64,000 nt of DNA, taken from the IMG/VR virus record IMGVR_UViG_2806311071_000002, positions 58,256 through 122,255 of that record, one strand, 5' to 3'. Shown piece by piece: positions 38,791 through 51,100 of this stretch. A program made the translations under genes and the position numbers. Under the pieces are notes generated by a model, which saw nothing but the letters and a program-made list of their open reading frames with translations, did not search any database and had not been told where the DNA came from. The stretch is from a virus (Duplodnaviria; Caudoviricetes). Position 1 is the first letter of the stretch. Every line of letters starts with the position of its first letter.

Positions 38791-40121
38791 TGAGTGATAG
38801 TAAATTTGTAGGTCAGCTCAAACAAAATAACGAGCAAATTAATAATCTTAAAGATCAATTTTTCAGAACTGAAGCTCATATGTCAAATCATGAAAAACGC
38901 TTGAATGACAAAGTTGATGAGTTCATGGAGAAGCAGAATTTCGATTTGAAAATGCATATTCAAAACAATGAGAATCCACATCATGTCACTAAAGAACAAG
39001 TCGGATTATCAAATGTAATAAATGAAGAGCAAGCCACAAAAGTAGATTTTGATAGTCATCTTGACGATAAGGAAAATCCCCATTCAGTTACTAAAAGCCA
39101 AGTTGGCTTGTCTAAGGTTGATAATGTTCAACAAGCAGCGAAGACTGACTTTGACGCTCACGATGCAGACCTCGATCGACATATCACAAAGGATGAGCGC
39201 AGTTATTGGAACAGCTCCGATGAAAGGACAAAGTCTTTATTAGCTGAACATACTGACGATCAATCAAACCCACATAAGGTTACTGCTGAACAGGTTGGGC
39301 TTGGGAATGTAGACAATGTAAAACAAGCTACTAAAAGTGACTTTGATAATCATCTGAATGACACTAGTGTTCATATTAACAAATTTGATCGAGATAAATG
39401 GAACGCTGCTCAACTCTTCAAACTCACTGCCGATGATGGAAAAGTAATCTACAAAGACAGTTCTGAAAAAACGGAATACAACGATTTGATTACCACCGGG
39501 TTCTATTTAATCTCCAACCAGGGGCTACACTCCCCTGCTAACTTGTCCAATGTATATTTGGTTGTCATGAATTATGGTGATACAATAGCCCAATTTGCTT
39601 TAGAAGCATATTACGGAACTCATAGTTATTTCCGATTTAGAAAGAGTGATTCAACTTGGACTTCATGGCAAACACATGAAACGACCGACGGAGCACAAAC
39701 AAGAGCTACTGCTGCACTCAACTCAGCTAAAACCTATACCGATACCAAGCTTTCCTCTACGACATGGTACACTCCTACTTTACAAAACGGATGGGTTAAT
39801 TACACTGATGCTAACTCTACAGATCAAACAGTGTTTAAAACTCGATACACAAAGGATGCAACAGGAACTGTTTTTGTAGAGGGCGCTATAGCAAAAGGAA
39901 CGATTGGTTTTGGAGTGGCAGCATTCACGTTACCTGAAGGCTACAGACCTGGAAGAGCATTTCAGTGGGTCGGTGTGGCTTCTCAATCAGGAATGTCAGG
40001 TGTACCGCAAACTCACAGAGCGCTTATTGACACTGACGGAAAAGTTATTATAGAAAATAGCTCAAATACCTCCAAACCCAACGATTACATTAGTTTAGGC
40101 TTTAGTTTTAAAGCCGTGTAG
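38790..40121 (+). CDS. Tail fibre-like protein (YomR-like)
   Basis: Three NPHxVTxxQVGLxxVxN repeats, pyocin-knob-like segment, C-terminal FTLPEGYRP. Confidence 0.75.
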   Translation: MSDSKFVGQLKQNNEQINNLKDQFFRTEAHMSNHEKRLNDKVDEFMEKQNFDLKMHIQNNENPHHVTKEQVGLSNVINEEQATKVDFDSHLDDKENPHSVTKSQVGLSKVDNVQQAAKTDFDAHDADLDRHITKDERSYWNSSDERTKSLLAEHTDDQSNPHKVTAEQVGLGNVDNVKQATKSDFDNHLNDTSVHINKFDRDKWNAAQLFKLTADDGKVIYKDSSEKTEYNDLITTGFYLISNQGLHSPANLSNVYLVVMNYGDTIAQFALEAYYGTHSYFRFRKSDSTWTSWQTHETTDGAQTRATAALNSAKTYTDTKLSSTTWYTPTLQNGWVNYTDANSTDQTVFKTRYTKDATGTVFVEGAIAKGTIGFGVAAFTLPEGYRPGRAFQWVGVASQSGMSGVPQTHRALIDTDGKVIIENSSNTSKPNDYISLGFSFKAV

Positions 40122-40131
40122 GGAGAATATT

Positions 40132-40410
40132 ATGATGCAAGTATACAAATATGACGAAAATTATATTTACGAATCCCCTGTTGTACTTGAAGACGGTAGT
40201 CCGCTTCCCAATAATTGCACACCTATTGCTCCTTCTGATGGTCTTTATATTCCAAAGTTCACCCCTAAAACAAAAAAGTGGGTGGAGTCTGCATCAGAAG
40301 AATACATTGACAGTTTAAAACCACTTGATCCCGAGCCATCTGAAGTAGAAAAGGTTAAAAAACAATTAAGTGACTTAACATATCAACTAATGATGGACGG
40401 TGTACTTTAA
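40132..40410 (+). CDS. Tail fibre assembly-like protein (YomQ-like)
   Basis: QVYKYDENYIY...P.NCT.IAP.DGLY.PKF......W.E motif. Confidence 0.6.
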   Translation: MMQVYKYDENYIYESPVVLEDGSPLPNNCTPIAPSDGLYIPKFTPKTKKWVESASEEYIDSLKPLDPEPSEVEKVKKQLSDLTYQLMMDGVL

Positions 40411-40563
40411 ATGAATTGGTATGAACTTATAAAAGATTATTACAACGACGGTAATGGTGTGTGGGATGAATATCGTGTAGCACAAGCTGTAGTCAAAGGC
40501 AAAATTACACCAGAACAGTACGAAGAAATTGTTGGAAAGAAATATATTGAACCAACTACCTAA
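40411..40563 (+). CDS. XkdX-family small protein, 50 aa
   Basis: Translated by hand: MNWYELIKDYYN...AVVKGKITPEQYEEIVGKKY. Confidence 0.8.
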   Translation: MNWYELIKDYYNDGNGVWDEYRVAQAVVKGKITPEQYEEIVGKKYIEPTT

Positions 40564-40581
40564 ATATGATAATTTTAGGTT

Positions 40582-41430
40582 ATGAAAATACTAAATTTTA
40601 TAACATTAACCATTGCTTTAGTCATACTAGGAGGATGTTCATTTAACGAAGTTGATTCATCTGCTTTAGGCTATGGGAAAGGAAGCAGTAAAAAATACGA
40701 GCCGCTAATGATAGCACACAGAGGCGCATCGGAAATTGAGCCAGAACATACCCTACTCTCCTATGAACGAGCAATAAAAGACAAAGCAGACTACATTGAA
40801 ATTGATTTACGACAAACCAAAGACGGTCATCTAGTTGCAAACCATGACAAGACTGTTGATCGAACCACAAACGGTAAAGGAGAAGTTGAGGATCTTACAC
40901 TAGATCAGATTAAAAAGCTACGTACTGGAAAAGGACAAAAGATATTAACGATTGAAGAAATCATTAAAAAGTTTGGACAAACAACAAATTATTATATCGA
41001 GACTAGAACAAACAGCAAAGGCAAATTGGTAATGGAGAAAAAGTTAATTGACACACTCTCTAAAAATAATCTAATCGCTAATAACAAAGTTGTTCTAGAA
41101 TCATTCAGTGACAAAAGTCTAAAGAAATTACATAAGCTTGACAGCGATGTTCCTCTTGTTCAACTTTTAAAAGATAAAGATGTTAAGAATATGAGCAATT
41201 CAAAGCTAAATGAAATTAAGAAGTATTCTAACGTTGTTGGTCCTAATGCCAAATTGGTTGATAAAGATTTTGTTAAGATAGTCCACAATAACAATATGAA
41301 AGTACATGTGTTTTTTGATACTGATAAAGAAAGAACATTTACTTCCAAAATGCTGAAATTGAAAGTTGATGGACTATTTACAAATAATCCAGCTTATACA
41401 GAAAAAGTTCTAAAAGAAGATTATAAATAA
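40582..41430 (+). CDS. Glycerophosphodiester phosphodiesterase (GDPD) lipoprotein
   Basis: LGGC lipobox; IAHRGAS, PEHT, YIEIDL, NHDKTVDRTT and VDGLFTN motifs. Confidence 0.9.
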   Translation: MKILNFITLTIALVILGGCSFNEVDSSALGYGKGSSKKYEPLMIAHRGASEIEPEHTLLSYERAIKDKADYIEIDLRQTKDGHLVANHDKTVDRTTNGKGEVEDLTLDQIKKLRTGKGQKILTIEEIIKKFGQTTNYYIETRTNSKGKLVMEKKLIDTLSKNNLIANNKVVLESFSDKSLKKLHKLDSDVPLVQLLKDKDVKNMSNSKLNEIKKYSNVVGPNAKLVDKDFVKIVHNNNMKVHVFFDTDKERTFTSKMLKLKVDGLFTNNPAYTEKVLKEDYK

Positions 41431-41446
41431 AATACAAGTTTTATTT

Positions 41447-41478
41447 AGACACCTCTCCCCTATTGAGGTGTCTTTTTT
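41447..41478 (+). terminator. Terminator after the GDPD gene
   Basis: AGACACCTC...GAGGTGTCT followed by a T run. Confidence 0.8.
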
Positions 41479-41512
41479 AATGTGTGCAGAGGATATATAA
41501 GGAGGAAATGAG

Positions 41513-41998
41513 ATGGCATCGAAAAAATTAAATCTTGGGTTAATCGAAGAAAGTGTAAGTAAATATGACAAGAAAGAACGAGTGCAACTAACTGATGACG
41601 TTCATGTTTTTATTTACCCTTACTTCTCCCCTACCCGCTTAACCAAAATGCTTACTGAATTAATTACTGATCCACAAAATGCTCAAGAAAAAAACATTGA
41701 CTTTAAAAGCATAAATCCTGTTCAATGGGGATTCTTTTCACTAATTAAAGAATTTACAGACTTGGGTATTCCAAGTGATATCAAAAACAAAGTAAAGTGG
41801 TTTGTTAAGCTTGTGGACTCTGAATTTTTCCCATTGATTATCAGTAGTTTCCCTGAAGAAAGCATGAAGAAATTTAGAGAAGCAACAAAGATGATGCAAG
41901 AAAATTTAGACAAACTGTCAAACATATCTCAAGAAGAAATAAATGATCTTATCCTTAATAAGGTCGAAGAGATTGAAAATGAACAAGAGGCTGAATAA
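41513..41998 (+). CDS. YomO-like tail assembly chaperone candidate
   Basis: Synteny. Confidence 0.55.
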   Translation: MASKKLNLGLIEESVSKYDKKERVQLTDDVHVFIYPYFSPTRLTKMLTELITDPQNAQEKNIDFKSINPVQWGFFSLIKEFTDLGIPSDIKNKVKWFVKLVDSEFFPLIISSFPEESMKKFREATKMMQENLDKLSNISQEEINDLILNKVEEIENEQEAE

Positions 41999-42414
41999 TG
42001 GCCAAGAATATAAAAGATATAGCAGCACTAATTGAATATGCCGCGAAGCAAGCCGTTCAAAAACAGGCAAACACAAAAAATACGCTGATTAAAACAGGTC
42101 AAGAGCATGTGCAATCTGATGTGTACGACGCCTACAATCCCCTAGAATATGAACGTACATCTCTTTTGAAGGACTCCTTTGTCATTCAAAACGAATCTAA
42201 CGGAATTTCATTAGACAATACCCGTGGAGACAACGGTAAGGATGTTGCCACGGTTGTTGAGACTGGTCAAGGGTACACGTATCCAGATAAATACGATTAT
42301 GGATACGGAAAACCACGCCCATTTATGAAGAATACTGCTGAATCCTTAAAAGATGGACGATTAGTTGCTGCTATGAAGAAAGATTTAAATGCAAGTGGTA
42401 TTAAAACAGAATAA
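41998..42414 (+). CDS. YomN-like tail-module protein
   Basis: VY..Y.P..YERT..L...PRPFM motif of HK97 gp10-like proteins. Confidence 0.55.
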   Translation: MAKNIKDIAALIEYAAKQAVQKQANTKNTLIKTGQEHVQSDVYDAYNPLEYERTSLLKDSFVIQNESNGISLDNTRGDNGKDVATVVETGQGYTYPDKYDYGYGKPRPFMKNTAESLKDGRLVAAMKKDLNASGIKTE

Positions 42415-42427
42415 CGGTGGTGTATTA

Positions 42428-43429
42428 ATGGCCAGAGAAATAAAACAAAACATGATGCGCTCTAGAGCCGAAAAGTTGCCCGAAGTCACGGATGAAATGT
42501 GGGGTCAGATTGATGACGAGCATAGAAGCTTAACACAAGAATTTCTTGATGCCCACTCATTCCGAGATAAAACCAGGAAGCAATACAACTCCTCTCTTCG
42601 TCAGTTCTTCTGGTGGGTGCATAATTCCTTGAATGGGAAGAAGCTTTACAAAATATCCAAAAGGGATTTCATCAGATATCAAAGCTTCCTTAAAAATAGA
42701 GGGATGTCTTCAAGTGGAATAGCTTTAAAAAAGGCTGGAGTATCTTCTTTAAATAACTACATTGAAAATGTTGTTGCTGAAGATGACGATAATTACAAAT
42801 CATTCAGGAACTTCACAAGAGGTCTCCCTGCCATCCCTAAAACAACCACGTATGAAAAAGTAAAGGTTACTTACGACGAATACAGAACAATGATGAAAGT
42901 GCTTGAAGAAGATAAAAACTATTTGGGGATGGCTTGGTTAGCTACTGCCTTTAATGTAGGTGCCAGAAGAGCTGAAATCATTCAGTTTAAAACCGAAATC
43001 CTGAATTATGAGATACCTGAAGGTCAATCTTATGTCATGGCTCACAAAGTTCTCGGAAAAGGAAAAGGCGAAGGAAAACCCCTCGACTACATGATTAACA
43101 CAGAAGCTCTGGAATATTTGAAGCTTTGGCATGAACAACGGGGATATGACCATGAATATCTATTTACTACACAGTACGGTGGCCAACCAAGACAAATGTC
43201 AGAGGGTTGGGCTGACTATTTTTGTTCTGATGTTCTTTCTGATATCCTCGGTCGCCGCATTAACCCTCACCTCTTTAAGGCCTCCTGTATTACTTACCTT
43301 CTTGAAGTCAAGAAAATTAAGATTGAGCTCGTGAGTAAATATGTTGCACAGCATAATGACGTTTCTACAACAATTAAGCATTACGACCTTCGTGATTTTA
43401 AAGAAGAAAAGAATCAAATCTTCTCGTAA
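42428..43429 (+). CDS. yomM: Tyrosine recombinase
   Basis: GARRAE, INPHLFK, QH..VSTT..HY catalytic pattern; SPbeta position. Confidence 0.85.
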   Translation: MAREIKQNMMRSRAEKLPEVTDEMWGQIDDEHRSLTQEFLDAHSFRDKTRKQYNSSLRQFFWWVHNSLNGKKLYKISKRDFIRYQSFLKNRGMSSSGIALKKAGVSSLNNYIENVVAEDDDNYKSFRNFTRGLPAIPKTTTYEKVKVTYDEYRTMMKVLEEDKNYLGMAWLATAFNVGARRAEIIQFKTEILNYEIPEGQSYVMAHKVLGKGKGEGKPLDYMINTEALEYLKLWHEQRGYDHEYLFTTQYGGQPRQMSEGWADYFCSDVLSDILGRRINPHLFKASCITYLLEVKKIKIELVSKYVAQHNDVSTTIKHYDLRDFKEEKNQIFS

Positions 43430-43434
43430 ACATT

Positions 43435-43689
43435 ATGAGTCTCTTCAATCCTCACCAAAGTTCAATTGAGAATATGCAACTGCAAATTAATGAATTGAAC
43501 GAAGCTGTTGCTGAATTAACTAGACTGCTTGATACTAAAGCAGATAAGAATCAATTCGGGTCTAAACAGATTGATGAATCTAAGATCAGTGACGGTAAAG
43601 TTCTTGTTTACAACGCGAGCACCGGTAAACTTGAATACGGAAAGATTAAGAAAAGCCTGTTGGGAGACATATCAATTGATTTGCTTTAG
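43435..43689 (+). CDS. Small coiled-coil protein (YozP-like)
   Basis: 84-aa ORF after yomM. Confidence 0.5.
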   Translation: MSLFNPHQSSIENMQLQINELNEAVAELTRLLDTKADKNQFGSKQIDESKISDGKVLVYNASTGKLEYGKIKKSLLGDISIDLL

Positions 43690-43835
43690 GCAGCACTCTT
43701 TATGAAATCCCTCTTTTATGCAGAATCAAAATCCTTCAACCGAGGGATTTTGCTTATGTATGAAATAAGCTTTGTAGTCCTCTCTCTTCTTTAAAATTTC
43801 CATTTGTGTCCGATAATCACCTTGAGGTGAACATT

Positions 43836-44294
43836 TTGGACAATGAAGCATATTACAAAAAATATTTAGAAGAGAGCTTAATTAAATTAAGAAGCTCAGA
43901 ACTTATAGAATTTATTAAAAGTGAATTTCCAGAAGAAGTGGAATATGATCATGATCTTCACCGAAAAAAAATTGAAGTGCTGAAAACATTATCTAAAACA
44001 GACTTATCAGCTGCGATAGCCCGACTGGCTAGAATTCAACGGAAATTTGACCATACCAAATTATGGACTGTTGCCGCTGTACTTATTGGTACAATGCTTG
44101 TTGTTTTACAAATCTTATTTAAAGTAAACCTTGCAAAAATTTCAGACGAAAACTATATAAATTTTTTATTGTACGGTATTGTTGCTATGATAATAAGTAA
44201 GATTATATATAATTCTGCCAGAAAGGATATTAAAATTTCAAATACAGCAGCTTATTTTAAAGACTTGCTCGAAGAGCTTAAGTCAGATAAATAA
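43836..44294 (+). CDS. Two-TM membrane protein (YomK position)
   Basis: GAGGTG RBS before the TTG; two hydrophobic helices. Confidence 0.55.
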   Translation: MDNEAYYKKYLEESLIKLRSSELIEFIKSEFPEEVEYDHDLHRKKIEVLKTLSKTDLSAAIARLARIQRKFDHTKLWTVAAVLIGTMLVVLQILFKVNLAKISDENYINFLLYGIVAMIISKIIYNSARKDIKISNTAAYFKDLLEELKSDK

Positions 44295-44415
44295 ATTTTC
44301 TTTAATGTAGAGTTATTACCTGAGAGATGGTAAGTAATCACTCGCTTCATATTGTTAGTTCTAACACATTGGAAATCATGCTATAATGTAGGAAAATAAT
44401 ACTGGCGGTGATTAG

Positions 44416-45042
44416 ATGATCTGGGCTATCATTCTAATTTTAGTGATTGGTGCTTTCATTATTATCGGGGTTAGCGCTTCAGATAAGCAAAAAGAAATGG
44501 ACAAAAAAAGAGCCGGAGAGATTGAAACGGTTGGGAATTTCCCTTCTAACTATAAGTCCATCATAAATCCAGACAAAAATACAAAGCTTACTTTAATTGA
44601 TCCAGAAGATAAATTTGTAATTCACAGCTTCAAACAGGATGGAACAATAGAAGAGAGAATTGTCCCCTTCAATAAAATAATTCAAGCTGAAGTTACAATT
44701 GATGATAGCACAGTTACAAAAGTGTCCAAAGGAAGTCAAATAACAGGTGCTGTTGTTGGTGGGTTAGCAGCAGGAAGTATTGGAGCATTAGTTGGTGGGT
44801 TATCTTCTAATAAGACAGAAACAAAGCACTTCAAAAAAATTGATTTAAAATTAAAGCTCGATGATTTCTCCTCCCCTATTTACAGATTTGATTTCCTGCC
44901 GAGTAAAGATGAATTTGGCTTAGAGAATGTTAAAGGGTTTAAACAGGATGATCCGAAAGTTAAAGATGCTTTATCAAATGCTGAAATATGGCAAGGTATT
45001 ATGGAGATAGCAATACGGAAAGCAAACAAAGTCGCTCAATAA
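44416..45042 (+). CDS. yomJ: YomJ-like membrane-anchored protein
   Basis: N-terminal [20 protein letters not shown] glycine zipper, KANKVAQ C-terminus; own promoter and terminator. Confidence 0.7.
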   Translation: MIWAIILILVIGAFIIIGVSASDKQKEMDKKRAGEIETVGNFPSNYKSIINPDKNTKLTLIDPEDKFVIHSFKQDGTIEERIVPFNKIIQAEVTIDDSTVTKVSKGSQITGAVVGGLAAGSIGALVGGLSSNKTETKHFKKIDLKLKLDDFSSPIYRFDFLPSKDEFGLENVKGFKQDDPKVKDALSNAEIWQGIMEIAIRKANKVAQ

Positions 45043-45104
45043 TGAGTGGCTTTTTTATATGCCCTAAAAACACTCTCCCCTATTCGAAAGGATGTGACCT
45101 ATAT

Positions 45105-48100
45105 TTGAGTCAAGATTTAAAGATCATTCTCACACCCAAAGCTGATACCTCCTCTAAGACTGTTGAACAGTTAAATCAGCAAATTAAATCTTTAGAGAAA
45201 AAGCTTAATTCCCTTAATTTAAAGACAAATATTAATGCCTCTGCTTTAAAGACACTCAACGACTTCTCCTCTGCAGTTGAAACTTATCAAAAACATCTCA
45301 AATCCTTCAATCAAACAGTTAAAGAAACCACAACGGTTACCAGAAATGCTGATGGTACTGTTGAAAAGCTTACGCAACAATATAAGAAAAATGGCGAAAT
45401 CATTCAGCGTGAAAAGAAGTTCATCGACAATCGTAATCAATCACTACGTGAACAAACGCAAGAAGTCAACAGACTTGCTCAAGCGACTGAAAAACTTGGT
45501 CAGGTACAGAAGAAAACAGAGCAAAAGAATGCTCAAGGACAAACGACAAGGGTTACTCAAAAGAACCGCAATGGCTTTGACGATATTACCTATACAACTG
45601 ATCCAAAAACAAACGCTACTACATCTAAAGTAACAACGAACTATGATCAGCAACGAAAAGCTATTGAACAATTACAGCTGGATTTAGAAAAACTTAGACA
45701 GCAAGGAATTGTAACTGACACCACCCTCTCTTCCCTTGGACGGAAATTAAATACTGCTCAAACAGCACAACAAATTGAAGCATTACAAAACAGAATTAAG
45801 ATGCTCGATGATAAGTCTGCTGCTGTGGCAAAAAATAATGAACTCAGAAAAACTATTGAGTTGTATCAACGCCAAGCGCAGGTAAACGTACAAAACCTTA
45901 ATACACGTTATGGCGATACAATGGGTGCCGGCAATAGACAAGCTGCTCAAGATTATTTAAATGCAGTAAATAGTCTTAATGTAAGTGCCGGCGGTAGTAA
46001 TATCAGATCTCAAATGCAAAGCTTAAACATGCAATTTAGGGAGTTGGCTTCAAATGCTCAAACAGCGTCTAGTCAAGCCTCCTCTTTTGGCACGGAGTTA
46101 ACTCAAGCTTTCAAAAGTATGTCAACATATTTGATTTCCGGTTCTTTATTCTATGGTGCTATATCTGGACTCAAGGAAATGGTCTCCCAGGCTGTTGAAA
46201 TTGACACTCTAATGACAAATATCAGACGTGTTATGAATGAGCCTGATTATAAGTACAATGAGCTCCTCGAGGAATCAATAAACCTAGGAGACACCCTTTC
46301 AAACAAGATCACTGACATACTCCAAATGACTGGCGATTTCGGGCGTATGGGGTTCGATGAAAGTGAACTGTCCACTCTAACAAAAACCGCTCAGGTACTT
46401 CAAAACGTCTCTGACTTGACTCCTGACGACACAGTTAACACTTTAACTGCCGCAATGTTAAACTTCAATATTGCTGCGAATGATTCTATTTCAATTGCAG
46501 ATAAGCTTAATGAAGTCGATAACAACTATGCTGTAACTACTCTTGACCTAGCAAATTCGATTCGAAAAGCAGGAAGTACCGCTTCCACTTTTGGAGTTGA
46601 ATTAAATGATCTGATTGGTTATACTACAGCAATTGCAAGTACCACCCGTGAATCAGGAAACATTGTTGGTAACTCACTTAAAACCATTTTCGCACGTATT
46701 GGGAATAATAATAGCTCAATTAAAGCCTTAGAACAGATTGGTATTTCTGTGAAAACTGCCAGTGGTGAGGCGAAATCTGCTACTGATTTAATTAATGAGT
46801 TAGCAGACAAATGGAATACCCTCAGCGATGCTCAAAAACAAAATACCTCAATAGGTGTAGCGGGCATTTATCAGCTTTCTAGATTTAATGCCTTGATGAA
46901 TAATTTTTCCATATCACAAAATGCAGCCACCACTGCAGCTAATTCCGCGGGAAGCGCTTGGAGTGAACAACAGAAATACGCTGACAGTTTACAGGCAAGA
47001 TTAAACAGGCTGTCAAATGCATTTACAGAAATGTCGGTTGCCTCAAGTGAAGCCTTCATCTCTAATAGCATTGTTGTTTTTGCAGATGCACTTAAAGGAT
47101 TAATGCAAACAAGTGCTCAAATTACTAAAACAGTCGGGCTCCTCCCTCAAGTTTTTGGTTCTGCGACAACTGCAATCCTGCTTTTCAACACCTCTCTTCG
47201 TACAGCTACCATCTCAACTGGAATGTCTGCAATATCAACCCTTAAAAATCTTGTCTTAAACTTTAATGCTGTTGGGCTTGGTGCAACAACAGCTTCAGCT
47301 AAAACTGCAGTTTGGACACGAGTGGTTAATGCTTCAAGCGTTGCGATGAGCAATCTAAAGAAAGTCGCAGTCTCGACAAGCGCGTTTTTAGCAGGAAGCT
47401 TTCTTCCTATGGCAGCCATGGTTGGACTTGGCGTTGTTATTGAGAAACTCATTTCCTCTTATTCTGAATTAAAACAAGCTAGAGAAGACTTTGAACAAGC
47501 TAAAACTACTAGCATTGAAGCAATTACAACGAATAAAGATGAAACAGACAAACTGATTAGTCAATACAAAGAACTACAAAAGGCTAAAGATGGTGGAGCT
47601 TTATCGGCTGACCAAGAGCAAGAATATCTACAAGTAACACAACAATTAGCACAAACGTTCCCGAATTTGATCTCCGGGTATGATTCTCAAGGGCAAGCAA
47701 TCTTAAAGAAAAACCAAGCACTAAAGGATGCTATAAAGTACACTGAAGACCTTAGTAATTTAAACAAAAAAGACATTCAAACAGGTGCCAATAGTAACTT
47801 TAAGGAAAGCTTAAAAGACATTGATAAACTCAATGATAAGATTAAACAGTATAAGCAGGTTGCCGATTATTATAAAAACGGCAAGAGTTGGGATATTTTC
47901 TCTTCTGAAAATGACAAAAAAAATCAAGGTATTAAAGCTGAACAAGATGCACTACGTACTGAACAAGAGCTATCCAGCTCACAGGCTAAAATTAGAGAGC
48001 AAGTGCAACAGACAATTGATGCCTTTAACTCAATAAAAATAAATCCGAATCTTTCAAGGGAAATATCTAACGCATTCGATAAAATTGACTTCAGCAAAAT

Positions 48101-51100
48101 GAATGCAGATGAACTTGAGTCATTCTCAATAAATGTTTCGAAATACATGGAAAATATCCAAAAAGCTCTGCAATCGGGCAATAAAAATAATTTTGATTCC
48201 GCCTCTAAAAGCTTAGAACAGCTTGTCAATCAATATATGAGTGGCAAGGATAAAGCTAATGGTTTGGCTTTATCTTATGATGACCTTAAAACTGCCATTG
48301 ACTCTACAAATGATTCTGCTAAAACTGCAAAAGTAACTTGGGATGAAAATGGTGAGGGTGTAGATGCGCTAGGTGAGCAAGTCGGGAATTTATCTGACAA
48401 GCTCAAAGAAGCTAAAGGTGATTTTGAAGCAATTAAAGGAATCATCGATGACTTAGTTGAATCGAAGCAAAATGATGCTGCTATATCTGCTATTCAAAAT
48501 GAAGCTTATGACACTATGTCTGACAGCATCTCCCCTTTAAATAACCTTCTTGAAAAAATGTCTGAAGGTAAGAGCTTATCTGCAACAGAAGCCATGAAGC
48601 TTATTCAGAAAGAACATGATCTTGCTGATGCAATTTCAGTTGAAAATGGTGTTGTAAAAATCAACAGAAATGCAGTTGTTAAGCTTCGGGACACAAAACT
48701 CAAAGCTTACAATGATATGCAACAATCTGTAAGACAAGATCTAATTAATCAGGCTAATGCATTAAATAAAAAGATCAACATGTATAAGTCTGAAGTCAAG
48801 GCTATCAAGACTGTTCAAGATGCTTATAAAATGAAATCTGAGCTTGAAGACAACAAGAAAAAGATATATGACGAACTAAAAAAAGGGAACAGTGGTGCGC
48901 TGCAGTTCCTACCGAAAACACAGGATGATTTAAATCAGGTCACTGATATCACTGATCAGCTTAAAGAGCTTGATAAGCTAGCCGATTTGGCTTCAACTTC
49001 CCTATCTGAAACAGGAACATCTCTTGATGACCTGTCTTCTTCAAGTGATAAAGCCTCTGAGGAAATTAAAACATCTATGTACGTGGCTGATAAATACAAG
49101 GAAGCTCTGGAGAAAGTAAATGCTGAAGTTGAAAAGTACAATAAGCAGGTAAACGACTATCCAAAGTATTCTCAAAGTTATCGAAATGCTCTGCAGAAAG
49201 AAATCAAAGCTCTTCAACAAAAGAAAAAGCTTATGCAGGAGCAAGCCAAACTCCTCAAGGATCAAATTAAGTCAGGGAACATTGCACAATACGGTATAGT
49301 TACCTCTTCCCTTTCCTCTGGTTCATCTTCTGGTGGCTCTTATTCTTCCGGTGGCGGGTCTTACTCCGGTAAATACTCCAGTTACATTAATTCTGCCGCA
49401 AGTAAATATGGTGTTGATCCAGCGCTAATTGCAGCTGTGATTCAGCAAGAATCAGGATTCAATGCAAGAGCTCGTTCTGGAGCCGGCGCTGCTGGTTTGA
49501 TGCAGTTGATGCCATCCACAGCTAAGAGTTTAGGTGTAAACAATGTTTATGATCCTTATCAGAGCATTATAGGTGGCACGAAATATTTAGCCCAACAACT
49601 AAGTAAATTTGGTGGCAATGTTGAGAAAGCACTTGCTGCTTATAACGCAGGGCCTGGTAATGTAATTAAATATGGTGGCGTCCCTCCTTTCAAGGAAACT
49701 CAGAATTATGTTCAGAAGATCATGTCGAATTACACTAAGTCAATGACTTCTGCTAATTCCTCCATTGCAAGCTACTACACGAAGAACAGTGCGTTTAGAA
49801 TAAGTTCTAAGTATGGTGCACAAGATGGCGCTTACCGATCAACTCCACATAAAGGTATCGACTTCGCAGCAAAAGCTGGAACCGCAATTAAATCGGTTCA
49901 GAGTGGTAAGGTTCAAATTGCTGGTTATAGCAAAACTGCTGGTAACTGGGTTGTCATTCAACAGGATGACGGAAAAGTTGCTAAGTATATGCACATGCTT
50001 GACACCCCTTCTGTTAAAGCCGGTCAAACTGTTAAAGCTGGTCAGACCATCGGTAAAGTTGGCAGTACGGGTAATTCAACAGGAAATCACCTTCATCTTC
50101 AAATTGAGGAAAACGGAAAGACGGTTGACCCTGAGAAGTATTTAAAGGGTGTCGGCACATCTATTTCGGATGCATCTCAAGCTGAAGCAGAACGACAGCA
50201 AGCAATAGCACAAGCCAAATCCGATCTTCTCTCCCTCCAAGGTGACATTGACTCAGTAAACGATCAGATACAAGAGCTCAGATATGAGATCGTTCAATCG
50301 AAGCTCGATGAATATGACAAGCGTATTGGTGATTTTGATGTAAGAATCGCTAAAGACAAAGCACTCGCAAGTCATTATCTGAGCGACAGTAAAGAGTTCC
50401 GTAAGTATACAAATGATCAGAAAAAAGCTTTAACTGAACAGCGAAAGATTCAGAGTCAGAAGGTTTCTTTCATTGAAAAAGAAATCAAAACAAACAAAAC
50501 TCTGAATTCTGCTCAAAGAGCACAGCTTGCTGAGGAATTAAAACAAGCTAAGATTGATCTCATCAATTTCCAAGAAGAAGTAAGAGAACTTCAAGGACAG
50601 CTCATCCAATCTAAGGTTGACGAAACGCTTAACGGTATTGAGAAATCCACCAAGAAAACTGAATCTAAGCTTAAAGATGTTAGCAACAAAATATCCATGA
50701 CCGAAGAAGATGAAGACAAGGTTAAATATTATAGCCAACAGATTAAACTTATTCAGCAGCAACAGACTGAAGCGAAGAAGTATATCAAACAGTTGGAAGC
50801 TCAAAAGAAAGCTGCTAAAGGGTTTCCAGATATTCAGAAACAAATTACTGAAGAGATTGAAAACTGGAAAGACAAGCAGAAGGATTACAATCTGGAGCTT
50901 TACAACACAAAGAAATCAATCATAGATGTGTACAAATCCCTTGCTGACGAAGTTGTCTCCATCTATAAAGAGATGTACGAAAAGATCCGAGATATTGAAT
51001 TAAAAGCGCACCAAAAAGCTACGCAGGACTTGATTGATGAGATTGATAAAACTGATGATGAAGCTAAATACCAAAAAGAACTCAAAGAAAAGAATCAGGC

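Noticed and set aside
42428-43429. Tyrosine recombinase as a prophage boundary or inserted element
   Set aside because: It corresponds to the conserved SPbeta yomM inside the tail module; phage genes continue on both sides and no att-like repeats were seen.
44988-45104. N-terminal 39-aa extension of the tape measure ORF
   Set aside because: It overlaps the yomJ end and its terminator; the RBS points to the TTG at 45105.
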